64,000 nt of DNA from Squalus acanthias (Eukaryota): positions 3,162,001 to 3,226,000 of the forward strand of contig JASTWF010000035.1 of the NCBI GenBank assembly GCA_030390025.1, read 5' to 3'. The stretch's first letter is position 1; each line of letters opens with the position of its first letter. A model generated the notes under the pieces. It did no database searches. It saw nothing but the letters and a program-made list of their open reading frames with translations, and was not told where the DNA came from. Shown here piece by piece: positions 1-11,706 of this stretch. The position numbers and the translations under genes were made by a program.

Positions 1-2435
1 CCAGTAGATTAGTCAGGCATGATTTACCTTTTGTAAATCCATGTTGACTTTGTCCGATCCTGTCACTGTTTCCAAGTGCTCTGCTATTGCATCTTTTATA
101 ATGGACTCTAGCATTTTGCCCACTACCGATGTCAGATATACCGATCTATAATTTCCTGTTTTTTCTCTACCACCTTTTTTAAATAGTGGGGTTACATTAG
201 CTATCCTCCAATCCATGGGAACTGTTCCAAAGTCTATAGAATTTTGAAAGATGACCAGCAATGCATCTACTATTTCTAGGGTCACTTCCTTAAGTACCCT
301 AGGATGTAGATTATCAGGCCCTGGGGATTTATCGGCCTTCAATCACGTCAATTTCCCTAACACCATTTCCCTGCAAATACTGATTTCATTCAATTCCTCT
401 CTGTCATTAGACCCTATGTTCCCTGACATCTCTGGGAGTTTATTTGTGTCCTCCTTTGTGAAGACAGAACCAAAGTATGTATTTAATTGGGCTGCCATTT
501 CTTTGTTCCCCATTATAAATTCCCCTGATTCTGACTGCAAGGGACCTACGCTTGACTTCACCAATCTTTTTCTCTTCACATATCTATAGAAGCTTTTACA
601 GTCAGTTTTTATGTTCCCTGAAAGCTTACTCTCATACTCTATTTCCCGCTCTTAATTAATCCCTTTGTCCTCCTTTGCTGAATCCTAAACTGCTCCCAAT
701 CCTCAGGTTTGCTGCTTTTTCTGGCCAATTTATATGCCCTCTCCTTGGATCTTATGCTGTCCCTAATTTCCCTTGTTAGCCACGGTTGAGTCACCTTTTT
801 TGTTTTATTTTTATGCCAAACAGGGATGAACAAATTCTGTAGTTCATCCATGCGATCTTCAAATGTTTGCCATTGCCTATCCACCATCAACCCTTTAAGT
901 ATCGCTCCCCAATCCATCCTAGCCAACTCGCGCCTCATACCATCGTAGTTTCCTTTATTTAAATTCAGGACCCTTGTCTCTGAGTCAACTACTTCACTCT
1001 CCTTCTTAATGAAGAATTCTATCATATTATGATCGCTCCGACCCAAGGGGCCTCGCACAACAAGATTGCTAATTAATCCTTTCTCATTACATAATACCCA
1101 GTCTAAGATTCTAATACCATATTCCCGCTCTCTCCCCATGCCCCTTGATGCCTTTTGTGTCTAGAAATCTATCTATCTCCTTCTTAAATATATTCAGTGA
1201 CTTGGCCTCCACAGCCTTCTGTGGTAGAGAATTCCAGAGGTTCACCACCCTCTGAATGAAGAAATTTCTCCTCATCTCAGTCCTAAATGTCCTACCCCGT
1301 ATCCTGAGACTGTGACCCCTCGTTCTAGACCCCCCAGCCAGGGGAAACATCCTCCCTGCATCCAGTCTGTCTAGCCCTGCACACAGTAGTCCAGGTGTGG
1401 TCTCACCAAGGCCCTGTACAAATGTAGTAAGACATCCTTACTCCTGTACTCAAATCCTCTTGCAATGAAGGCCAACATACCATTTGCCTTCCTAACTGCT
1501 TGCTGCACCTGCATGTTTGCTTTCAGTGACATAAGAACATCAGAAATAGGAGCAGGAGTAGGCCATTCGGCCCTTCGAGCCTGCTCCGCCATTCAATGAG
1601 ATCATGGCTGATCTTCTGTCTCAACTCCATTCACTGGCCCTATCGCCATATCCCTTGATGCCTTTACTAGTCAGTAATCTATTGACTTCTGTTTTGAATA
1701 TACCCAATGACTGAGCCTCCACAACCCTCTGGGGTAGAGAATTCCAAAGATTCACCACCCTCTGTGTGAAGAAATTTCTTCTGGTGTACAAGGACATCCA
1801 GGTCCCTTTGTACATCAACATATCCCAATCTATCACCATTTAAATAATACTCTGCCTATCTGTTTTTCCTACCGAAGTGGATAACTTCACATTTATCCAC
1901 GTTATACTGCATCTGCCATGTATTTGCCCACTCACTCAACTTGTCTAAATCGCCTTGAAGCCTCTTTGCATTCTCCTCACAACTCACAATCCCACCTAGT
2001 TTTGTGTTGTCAGAAAACTTGGAAATATTACATTTGGTTCCCTCATCCAAATCATTGATATATATTGTGAATAGCTGGGGCCCAAGCACTGATCCCTGTG
2101 GAACCCCACTAGTCACTGCCTGCCACCCCGAAAAATACCCATTTATTCCTACTCTCTGTTTCCTGTCTGTTAACCAATTTTCAATCCATGCCAGTATATT
2201 ACCCCCAATCCCATGTGCTTTAATTTTTCACACTAACCTCTTATGTGGGACTTTATCAAAGGCCTTCTGAAAATCCAAATGCACCACATCCACGGGTTCT
2301 CCCTTATCTATTCTACCAGTTACATCCTCAAAAAGCTCCAGTAGGTTTGTCAAACACGATTTCCCTTTCATAAATCCATGGTGACTTTGTCTAATCCCGT
2401 TGGTATTTTCTAAGTGTCCTGTTATCACATCCTTT
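1..2435 (-). mobile_element. Several broken/nested CR1 LINE fragments (endonuclease-RT linker, RT, 3' ends)
   Basis: Minus-strand ORFs with CR1 ORF2 motifs (KSPGPDNLHPRVLKE, SGVPQGSVLGP, NFFTQRVVNLWNSLP); CR1 3' tail at about 1529-1620. Confidence 0.9.
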
Positions 2436-3062
2436 ATAGCGAGAGGTTTTGAGTACAGGAACAAGGATGTCTTGCTGCAGTTGTACAGGGCCTTGGTGAG
2501 ACCACACCTTGAGTACTGCGCGCAGTTTTGGTCGCCTTATCTGAGGAAGGATGTTCTTGCCATGGAAGGAGTTCAGCCAAGATTCACAAGGCTGATACCT
2601 GGGATGGCAGGAATGACGTATGAAGAGAGATTGGGTCGATTGGGCTTATACTCGCTGGAGTTTAGAAGAATGAGAGGGGATCTCATTGAAACTTATAAAA
2701 TTCTGACAGGACTGGACAGACTAGATGCAGGAAGGATGTTCCCGATGGCCGGGGAGTCCAGAACCAGGGGTCACAGTCTAAGGATAAGGGGTAAGTCATT
2801 TAGGACAGAAATGAGGAGGAATTTCTTCACCCAGAGACTGGTGAACCTGTGGAATTCTCTGCTACAGAAGGCAGTAGATGCCAATTCATTAAATAGATTC
2901 AAGAAGGAGTTGGATATATTTCTTAAGGCTAAAGGAATCAAGGGATATGGGGAGAAAGCAGGGACAGGGTACTGAATTTGGATGATCAGCCATGATCACA
3001 TTGAATGGCGGAGCAGGCTAGAGGGGCCGAATGGACTACTCCTGCTCCTATCTTCTATGATT
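2436..3062 (+). mobile_element. 5'-truncated CR1 3' end inserted in the opposite orientation into an older CR1
   Basis: ORF 2400..2975 encodes the CR1 ORF2 C-terminus (RPHLEYC...KGYGEKAGTGY), followed by a 3' stem-loop and TCTATGATTC tail; the minus-strand host continues on both sides. Confidence 0.9.
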
Positions 3063-4452
3063 CTTCTGTGATAATAGACTCTAGCACTTTCCCTACTACT
3101 GATGTTAGGCTAACCGCTCTGTAGTTCCCTGTTTTCTCTCTCCCTCCTTTTTTAAATAGTGGGGTTAAATTTGCCACCCTCCAATCTGCAGGAACTGTTC
3201 CATAATCTATAGAATTTTGGAAGATGACAACCAATGTATCCACTATTTCCATGGCTACCTCTTTTAGTAATCTGGGATGCAGATTATCAGGCCCTGGGGA
3301 TTTATCGGCTTTCAGTCCCATTAATTTCTACAGCACTATTTTTTTACTAATACTAATTTCCTTTAATTCCTCCTTCTCACTCGATCCTTGGTTCCCTAGC
3401 ATTTCTGGGAAGTTATTTGTGTCCTCTTCCGTGAAGACAGAACCAAAGTATTTGTTTAATTGCTCAGCCATTTCCTTGTCCCCATTATAAATTCTCCCGT
3501 GTCTGACTGTAAGGGACCTGCATTTGTCTTCACTAATCTTTTTCTTTTTCCATATTTGTAGAAGCTTTTACAATCCGCTTTTATGTTCCTTGCAGGTTTA
3601 CTCTCATACTCTATTTTTCCCCTCTTGATCAATGTCTTGGTCCTTTTTTGCTGAACTCTAAACTGCTCCCAATCCTCAGGCTTGCTACTTTTTCTGGCAA
3701 CTTTATATGACTCCTCTTTGGATCTAATACTATCCTTAATTTCCTTTGTTAACCATGGTTGGGCCGCTTTTCCTTTTGTGTTTTTGCGCCAGAAAGGAAT
3801 GTATAACTGTTGCAATTCATGCATTCGTTCCTTAAATGTTAGCCATTGCCTATCCACCGTCATGCCTTTTAATGAAGCTCCCCAATCAATCATAGCCAAC
3901 TCACTCCTCATACCTTCGTAGTTTCCTTTGTTTAGATTTAGGATCCTAGTTTCGGATTGGAGAATTCCATCATGTTATGGTCACTCTTCCTTAAAGGACC
4001 CCGCACAACAAGATTATTAATTAACCCCTTCTCATTGCACAATACCCAATCTAGGATAGCCTGTTCCCTCGTTGGCTCCTCAACGTACTGGTCTAAAAAA
4101 ACATCTCGTACACACTCCACGAATTCATCCTCCACAGTATTATTGCTAATTTGGTTTGGCCAGTCTTTATGTAGATTAAAGTCACCCATGGTTACTGTAG
4201 TACCCTTGTTACATGCATCTCTAATTTCCTATTTGATGCCATCCCCTACATTACCACTACTGTTTGGAGGCCTATAGACAACTCCCACCAATGTTTTCTG
4301 CCCCTTGCTGCTTCTTAGCTCCACCCAGACTGATTCTACATCTTGATTTTCTGAGCCAATATTCTCTCACTCTTGCTCTGATTTCATTCTTTATTAACAA
4401 CGCCTTTTCCTTTTTGCCTGTCCTTCCTAAATATCGAATATCCTTGGATATT
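3063..4452 (-). mobile_element. CR1 ORF2 fragment (endonuclease to RT start), degraded
   Basis: ORFs 3055..3321, 3456..3911 and 3938..4189 (MGDFNL, LDWVLCNE, SDHN). Confidence 0.9.
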
Positions 4453-4672
4453 CTTACTGTGTAACTGTACAGAGTTGCTGTTTATTCAACAGTGTAAGGG
4501 TTTCTTACTGTGTAACTGCACAGAGTTGCTGTTTATTCAGGGTAAGGGTTTATTACTGTGTAATTGAACAGAGTTGCTTTTTATTCAGGGTAAGGGCCAC
4601 TCACTGTGTAACTGCACAGAGTGACTGTTTATTCAGCATGGTAAGAGTTTCTTACTGTGTAACTTACAGAGT
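4453..4672. repeat. About 46-49 bp minisatellite, left part
   Basis: Repeated GTAAGGGTTTCTTACTGTGTAACTG(T/C)ACAGAGTTGCTGTTTATTCAG. Confidence 0.9.
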
Positions 4673-5717
4673 TAGAATCATAGAATTGTTACAACACGGA
4701 AGGCCATTTGGCCCATTGAGCCCGTGCCGACTTTCAGCTAGTCCCACTCCCCCGCCCTTTCCCCGTAGCTCTGCAATTCTTTTTCCTTCAGATACTTATC
4801 CAACTCCCCGTTGAAAGTTAAAATTGAGTGTGCCTCCACCACCCTCTCAGGCAGTGCATTCCAGATCTTAACCACTCGCTGTGTAATAAAGTTTTTCTTA
4901 CGTTGCCTTTGGTTCTTTTGCCAATCACCTTAAATCTGTGTCCTCTGGTTCTCAAACCTTCCGCCAATGGGAACAGTTTCTCTCTATCTACTCTGCCTAG
5001 ACCCCTCATGATTTTGAACACCTCCATCAAATCTCCTCTCAATCTTCTCTGTTACAAGGAGAACAACCCCAGCTTCTCCAGTCTATCAACATAACTGAAG
5101 TCCCTTATTCCTGGAATAATTCTTGTAAATCTTTTCTGCACTCTCTCTAAGGCCTTCACATCCTTCCTAAAGTGTGGTGCCCAGAATTGGACACAGTACT
5201 CCTGTTGGGGCCGAACCAGTGATTTATACAGGTTGATCATAATTTCCACACTTCTGTACTCTATACCTCTATTTATGAAGCCCAGGATCCCGTAAGCCTC
5301 TTTAATTGCTTTCTCAACCTGCCCTGCCAATTTGTGCACACATACCTCCAGGTTTCTCTGTTCGTGCACCCCCTTTAGGATTGTACCATTTAGTTTATAT
5401 GTCCTCTCCTCATTCTTTCTACCAAAATGCATCACTTCACACTTTTCTGCATTAAATTTCATCTGCCACGTGTCCGCCCATTTCACCAGCCTGTCTATGT
5501 CTTCCTGAAGTCGATCACTCTCCTCCTCACTGTTCGCTATACTTCCAAGTTTTGTGTCATCTGCAAATTTTGAATTTGTGCCCTGTACACCCACATCCAA
5601 GTCATTAATATATATCAAGAAAAGCAGTGGCCCTAGAACCGACCCCTGGGGAACACCATTGTATACCTTTCCCCAGTCCGAAAAACAACCATTCACCACT
5701 ACTCTCTGTCTCCTGTC
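4673..5717 (-). mobile_element. 5'-truncated CR1 inserted into the minisatellite
   Basis: ORFs 5052..5699 (GVPQGSVLGP, FADD) and 4818..5042; tail at about 4673. Confidence 0.9.
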
Positions 5718-5927
5718 ACTGTTGCTGTTTATTCAGGGTAAGGGTTTCTTACTGTGTAACTGTACAGAGTTGCTGTTTATTCAGCAGGGTAAGGGTTTCT
5801 TACTGTGTAACTGTACAGAGTTGCTGTTTATTCAGGGTAAGGGTCACTCAATGTGTAACTATGGATTTCCTGTTTATTCAGCAGGATAAAGGTTACTCGC
5901 TATGTAACTGAACAGTTTTTTGTTATT
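5718..5927. repeat. About 46-49 bp minisatellite, right part
   Basis: Same unit as 4453-4672. Confidence 0.9.
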
Positions 5928-6228
5928 CAACGACAACAACGTAGTAAAACGTCCCAAGGTTCCCGGGAGCGTTATCAGACAAAAATTTGACAAATGAGCC
6001 ACATAAAGAGATATTAGGACAGGAAGAGGTAAAAGGAGGAGAGAGTGGTAGAGAGGCGGAGAGGTTTAGGGAGTGAATTCCAGAGCCTAGGGTCGAGGCA
6101 GCTGAAGGCATGGTTGCCAATGGTGGAGCAATTAAAATCAGAGATACGCAATAGTCAGAATTGGAGGAGTGCAGATATCTCAGAGGGTAGTAGGGCTGGA
6201 GGAGGTTACAGAGATAGGGAGGGGCAAA
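5928..6228 (-). mobile_element. L2-type LINE 3' fragment
   Basis: Similar to the L2 3' end at 11882-12230 (GTAAAAC-TCCCAAGG, ATCAGACAAAA, GAGCCACATAA); PPYLCNLLQPY peptide. Confidence 0.75.
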
Positions 6229-7370
6229 GGCATACTTTGCACTCTGTCTGTCCTCCTTATTTGGAGACTGTGTGTGAGGCTGCATTAATAGACAGTGTTA
6301 CTAATGAACATTGCCAGACACCAGCAAACAGTGTGCATCTGGAATGAAACCAAGTTTGGAAACCCTTTATTATTTCACGCTGTTGGCAAGTTAGCAAAAT
6401 TAAAGCCCATGGGATTAAAGGGACAGTGGCAGCATGGATACAAAATTGGCTAAGGGACAGAAAGCAGAGAGTACTGGTGAACGGTTGTTTTTCAGACTGG
6501 AGGGAAGTATACAGTGGTGTTCCCCAGGGATTAGGACCACTGTTCTGTGTGATATATATATTATCGACCTGGACTTGGGTATACACGGCATCATTTCAAA
6601 GTTTGCAGATGTCACGAAACTTGGAAATGTAGTAAACAATGAGGAGGATAGTAACAGACTTCAGGAGGACAGAGACAGGCTGGTGGAATGGGCGGACACA
6701 CACACGCAGATGAAATTTAACACAGAGAACTGTGAAATGATTCATTTTGGTAGGAAGCTTGAGAAGAGGCAATATAAACTAATGGGTACAATTCTAAAGG
6801 GGGTGCAGGAACAGAGAGACCGGGGGGTATATGTGTACAAATCTTTAAAGGTGGCAGGACAAGTTGAGAAAGCTGTTAAAAAAGCAGATGGAATACTAGG
6901 CTTTATAAATAGAGGCAGAGAGCACAAAAGGCTGGAAGTTATGATGATCCTTTATAAATCACTGGTTAGGCCTCAGCTGGACAATTGTGTCCAATTCTGG
7001 GCACCGCACTTTAGGAAGGATGTGAAGGCCTTAGAGAGGGTGCAGAAAAGATTTACTAGAATGGTTCCAGGGATGAGGGACTTCAGTTATGTGGGGAGAC
7101 TGGAGAAGCTGGGGTTGTTCTCCTTAGAGCAGAGAAGATTGAGAGGAGATTTGATAGAGGTGTTCAAAATCATGAAGGGTCTAGACAGAGCAGATAGAGA
7201 GAAACTGTTTCCAGTGGCAGTAGGGTCGAGAACCAGAGGACACAGATTTAAGGTGATTGGTCGAAGAACCAGAGGCGACATGAGGAGAATATTTTTTACA
7301 CAGCGAGTTGTGACTTGGAATGCACTGCCTGAAAGGGTGGTGGAAGCAGATTCAATAACAACTTTCAAAA

Positions 7371-7597
7371 GACAAAAATGAGAAGTCGCACAACACCAAG
7401 TTATAGTCCAACAGATTTATTTAAAATTACAAGCTTTCGGAGCGCTGCTCCTTCGTCAGGTAAATTGTACCTTCACCTGACGAAGGAGCAGCAGCTCCGA
7501 AAGCTTGTAATTTTAAATAAATCTGTTGGACTATAACCTGGTGTTGTGCGACTTCTCATTTTTGTCCACCCCAGTCCAACACCGGCATCTCCGCATC
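7371..7597 (+). mobile_element. Palindromic Penelope-like pseudo-LTR (pLTR) insertion
   Basis: Inverted arms at about 7371-7461 and 7475-7566, then a ~31-nt unpaired tail; TSD ACAACTTTCAAAAGA at 7358-7372 and 7598-7612; same family as 18714-19507, which carries a GIY-YIG remnant. Confidence 0.85.
7473..7510 (+). ncRNA. Minimal hammerhead ribozyme motif (mirror core on the minus strand at about 7431-7459)
   Basis: TCAC-CTGACGA-a-GGAGC-loop-GCTCC-GAAA-GCTT-GTAA; helix I has one mismatch. Confidence 0.7.
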
Positions 7598-7983
7598 ACA
7601 ACTTTCAAAAGAGAATTGTATAAATACTTGAAAAGACTAATTTTCAGGGCTATGGAGAAAGAGCAGGGGAGTGGGACTAATTGAATTGCTCTTTCAAAGA
7701 GCTAGCACAGGCACGATGGGCTGAATCATTCTATGAATCTAGGTCAGTCAATAATTGAACAATGGGGACTGTTTAATAGAGGTCAGTCAGTAATGGGGAA
7801 TTTCCTGTAGCTGAGCATTTGGGGAGATAGCACAATGAGCAGAGAAATAGTAACCCCAAGACCTGCTTTCTGTGGCAGGTCAGATCAGTTCATCCCATAT
7901 AATGTTTAAGGTCCAGTTTGGTTTGCCTATTTTAGTGTTGTCCAGGCTATGGGAGAGCAGCATTGTCACTGCATGCAGTTACT

Positions 7984-8084
7984 TCACCTGTCACTGTAAT
8001 AGGAAGAGAGCAGAGCTCGGATCTCCGCTGACACAGCGTTATCCTGCAGTAGGAGACCCTCACATGAAGAAGCCAGAGGGGATG
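7984..8084 (-). CDS. RTKN: Candidate alternative (terminal) exon of rhotekin
   Basis: Pyrimidine tract and GCAG acceptor at 8085-8086; phase 1 fits the upstream exon and reads (A)SPLASSCEGLLLQDNAVSAEIRALLSSYYSDR*; lies in non-repetitive sequence; a possible donor GTGAAGT at 7987 overlaps the stop. Confidence 0.6.
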
Positions 8085-8358
8085 CTGCCCGGCAACCGGC
8101 AAACAGGAAAAAGACACATCAGAAAAAGAGGACAGAGAAATGCAGAAAATCAGAAACACAAGAACCCCCAAATTCCACTGACAATTCTAAAAGGAACCCG
8201 AAAATCATCGCAATTCACTCAGCTCATCACTGCACCAACTGGCAAACCCGGGGAATTCCCATCGCTGCCCCGCTCTTCTCCCACTGAGTCCCACACTCCA
8301 CCGGGAGGCTGCCACTTATCACCCAGTCTCCGTACGGGGATCCACTGGGAAATGGCGG

Positions 8359-8630
8359 TCTCACACACACACACTCACACATACACACACACAATCTCTC
8401 TCTCACACCCTCACACACTCTCTCTCTCTCACACCCTCACACACTCTCTCTCTCTCACACCCTCTCACACACTCTCTCTCTCTCACACACACACACTCTC
8501 AGACACACACACACGTGCTCACACACACACGTGCTCACACACACACACACACTCAGGCTCTCTCACACACGCTCGCGCACTCACACACACACAAACTCTC
8601 ACACACACACTCACAGTCAGTGACACACAC
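8359..8630. repeat. (CA)n/(CT)n compound microsatellite
   Basis: Direct inspection. Confidence 0.95.
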
Positions 8631-9676
8631 AAATGGTACATTGGCCTTTATTGCAAGGGGGTTGGAATAAGAACATAAGAACATAAGAAATAGGAGCAGG
8701 AGTAGACCAATCGGCCCCTCGAGCCTGCTCCGCCATTCAATGAGATCATGGCTGATCTGATCCAACCTCAACTCTAAAGAACACAAGAAGTAGGAGCAGG
8801 ACCAGGCCACTCGGCCCCTGGGCCCGCTCTGCCACCCACAGGGCCTTGACCGATCCGAACTCAAACTCATGTTCAATTTCCAGCCCGCTCCCCGTAACCC
8901 CTGATTCCCTTTACTTCTAGGAAACGGTCTATTTCTGTTTTAAATTTATTTAATGAAGTAGCTTCCACAGCTTCCTGGGGTAGCAAATTCCACAGACCCA
9001 CTACCCTCTGAGTGAAAAAGTTTCTCCTCATCTCAGTTTTGAAAGAGGAGCCCCTTATTCTAAGATTATGTCCTCTAGTTCTAGTTTCACCCATCATTGG
9101 GAACATCCTCACCGCGTCCACCCGATCAAGCCCCTTCACAATCTTATATGTTTCAATAAGATCGCCTCTCATTCTTCTGAACTCCAATGAGTAGAGTCCC
9201 AATCTACTCAACCTCTCCTCGTATGTCCACCCCCTCATCCCCGGAATTAACCGAGTGAACCTTCTTTGTACTGCCTCGAGAGCAAGTATGTCTTTTCTTA
9301 AGTATGGACACCAAAACTGTATGCAAAACTGTAATACAAGAGTAAGGAAGTCTTGCTGCAATTATATCAGCTTTGGTGAGACCACACCTGGAGTATTGTG
9401 CACAGTTTTGGTCTCCTTATCCAAGGATGGACATACTTGCCTTAGAGAGAGTGCAACGAAGGTTCACCAGACTGGTTCCTGGGATGGGGGGATTGTCCTA
9501 TGAGGAGAGATTGAGTAGACTAGGCCTATACTCTCTGGAGTTTAGAAGAGAGGTGATCTCATTGAAATGTATAAAATTCTTACAGGACTTGACAGGGCAG
9601 ATGCAGGGAGGATGTTTCCCCTGGCTGGAGAGTCTAGAACTAGGGGTCACAGTCTCAGAATAAGGGGTCGGCCATT
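8631..9676. mobile_element. Plus-strand CR1 fragment (8631-8669, 9330-9676) split by a minus-strand CR1 3' end (8670-9329)
   Basis: ORFs 8873..9361 (-) and 9373..9663 (+); AGAACATA tail repeats at 8670. Confidence 0.85.
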
Positions 9677-9724
9677 CTGTCCCCTCCCCTCTGTCTCTCG
9701 CTCTCTCTCAGAGTTGTTGTAAAA

Positions 9725-10415
9725 ATTGTCCAGCTGGGTGGGTCTGCATTCGCCTGGTTCCAATGTTATCTATCCAGTTGTAGCCAGTGAATCACCTGCA
9801 ATGGCTTCTCTTCCTGCTCCCGTATCGTTACCTCTGGCGTCCCCAACGATCTATCCTTGGCCCCGTCCTATTTCTTATCTACATGCTGCCCCTTGGCGAT
9901 ATCATCTGAAAACACAGCGTCAGTTTCCACATGTACTCTGACGACACCCAGCTGCTCTACCTCACCACCACTTCTCTCAAACCCTCCACTCTAAATTGTC
10001 AACTGCTTGTCCAACATCCAGTATTGGATGAGCAGCAATTTCCTCCAACTGAATATTGGGAAGATCTGCGCCATAACTAAGACTGCCTACTTCCACCTCC
10101 GTAACACTGCCCGTCTCCGTAACACTGCCCGTCTCTGTAACACTGCCCGTCTCCGTAACACTGCCCGTCTCTGCCCCTGTCTGAGCTCATCCTCTGCTGA
10201 AACCCTCATCCATGCTTTAGTTACCTCGAGACTCGACTATTCCAATGCACTCCTGGCCGGCCTCCCACCTTTCACCCTCCGTAAACTTGAACTTATCTGA
10301 AACTCAGCTGCCCTTGTCCTCACTTGCACCAAGTCCCATTCACCCATCACCCCTGTGCTCGCTGACCTACATTGGCTCCCATTCCGGCAACGCCTTGATT
10401 TTAAAATTCTCATCC
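9725..10415 (+). mobile_element. L2-type LINE RT fragment containing a 4x 18-bp internal duplication
   Basis: WMSSNFLQLN and LVTSRLDYSNALLAGLP motifs; CTCCGTAACACTGCCCGT repeated four times at about 10097-10170 (LRNTAR). Confidence 0.85.
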
Positions 10416-10548
10416 TTGTGTAATGTATCCAAGTTTGCTGACGATACAAAGCTAGGTGGGAAAGTAAGCTGTGAGGAGGATGCAAAGAGGCTGCAAAGGG
10501 ATTTAGACAGGTTATGTGATTGGGCAAGGACGTGACAGATGGAATATA

Positions 10549-11170
10549 GGCCCAAAAATTCGTGAGGAAGCCTTCGTGCGAGGGTAAGGCTTCCCCGCGA
10601 TCTCTCACTGCGCGTTGGCTTTTTCAGTTCCAGCTCGCACGAACTTGATGTTCTGGACAGCTGCTGTGCTGGGCTTGCGTATCCCACAGGCGTAGTTAAT
10701 TCGTGCGAGCTGTGGGATCACGTGACTCAGTTAGAGCCAATGGCAGCACACCATCTTCCATTCATAACTTTCACATAAGTGCTGTGAAAGCTATGAATAC
10801 TATAGCCCCCCAAAATAACAGCTAAACCTCAATTAAATTTTTTTAAAAAACCATCACATTAATAAAATAAGTATAGTTAAATAAATTAACCATTTTAAAT
10901 AAAAAATTAAATTTTTGAAAAAATTTAAAATCTTTTAAAAAGTTATAAAAATAAACTTACCTGTCTTTAAAGTCTCTAAAAAAGATATACCTGTTAAAAA
11001 AATTCAAAATAATACTTAATTCACTACTTACCTTGTTAAAAGTGGGTCTTACTCCTTTTTTTATGTGTAAAATCTTCCATACTTACCTGCGCGTTGAAAC
11101 CACTAAGTGCACAGCATGCGCGCAGCCTGTAGCGCGCACGCGGTTCACCTAGGAACCGCCCCCTTTTCCA
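10549..11170. mobile_element. Probable truncated non-autonomous DNA transposon (Harbinger-like end)
   Basis: Abrupt switch from CR1 sequence to GGCCCAAAAATTCG, resembling the other TIRs in the window; AT-rich core; second TIR not found. Confidence 0.45.
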
Positions 11171-11171
11171 T

Positions 11172-11425
11172 TCACCATTTAGGACTGAGATGAGGAGAAA
11201 TTTCTTCACTCAAAAATCTTTGGAATTCTCTACCCCAGAGGGCTGTGGATGCTCAGTCGTTGAGTATATTCAAGACTGAGATTGATAGATTTTTGGACAC
11301 TAAGGGAATCAAGGGATATGAGGGTAGGGCAGGAAAGTGATGTAGATGTTCAGCCATGATCTTACTGAATGGCGGAACAGGCTCGAGGGGCCATATGGCC
11401 TATTCCTGCTCCTATTTCTTGTGTT
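11172..11425 (+). mobile_element. CR1 3' end
   Basis: CCATTTAGGACTGAGATGAGGAGAAATTTC through the 3' stem-loop and tail. Confidence 0.85.
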
Positions 11426-11505
11426 CTGTCTCTCTCACACACTCTCTGTCTCTCTCACACACTCTCTGTCTCTCTCACACACTCTCTGTCTCTCTCACAC
11501 ACTCT
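11426..11505. repeat. 20-bp simple tandem repeat (CTCTCTGTCTCTCTCACACA)
   Basis: About four copies, direct inspection. Confidence 0.9.
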
Positions 11506-11706
11506 TTAATGGCCTCCTTCTGTGCTGTATGATTCCATGAAACATTGTTCAGAAATATTATTGCCATTGATGATGTGAGCAACGAGTGAATCGCAGTGTT
11601 AGTCGCTGCCAATAGCCAACGGGTTAAACAACCTGTAAAATATAACACTTCTCCTTAAGTGACATTTTACCCAAAAATACAGAATATTATTTCTGCGAGT
11701 TCCTAC

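Larger units (their letters stand above)
6388..7740 (+). mobile_element. 5'-truncated CR1, interrupted by a Penelope insertion
   Basis: ORF 6434..7381 with FADVTKL and C-terminal CR1 motifs; resumes after 7612 and ends in a TTCTATGA tail. Confidence 0.9.

Noticed and set aside
6230..6385. Unique stretch with a minus-strand acceptor near 6339 as a further RTKN exon
   Set aside because: All three frames stop within about 30 codons and none resembles rhotekin; kept only as a possible splice target.
7872..8678. 268-aa plus-strand ORF
   Set aside because: Runs through a CA/CT microsatellite, is antisense to the RTKN candidate exon and has no recognisable domain.
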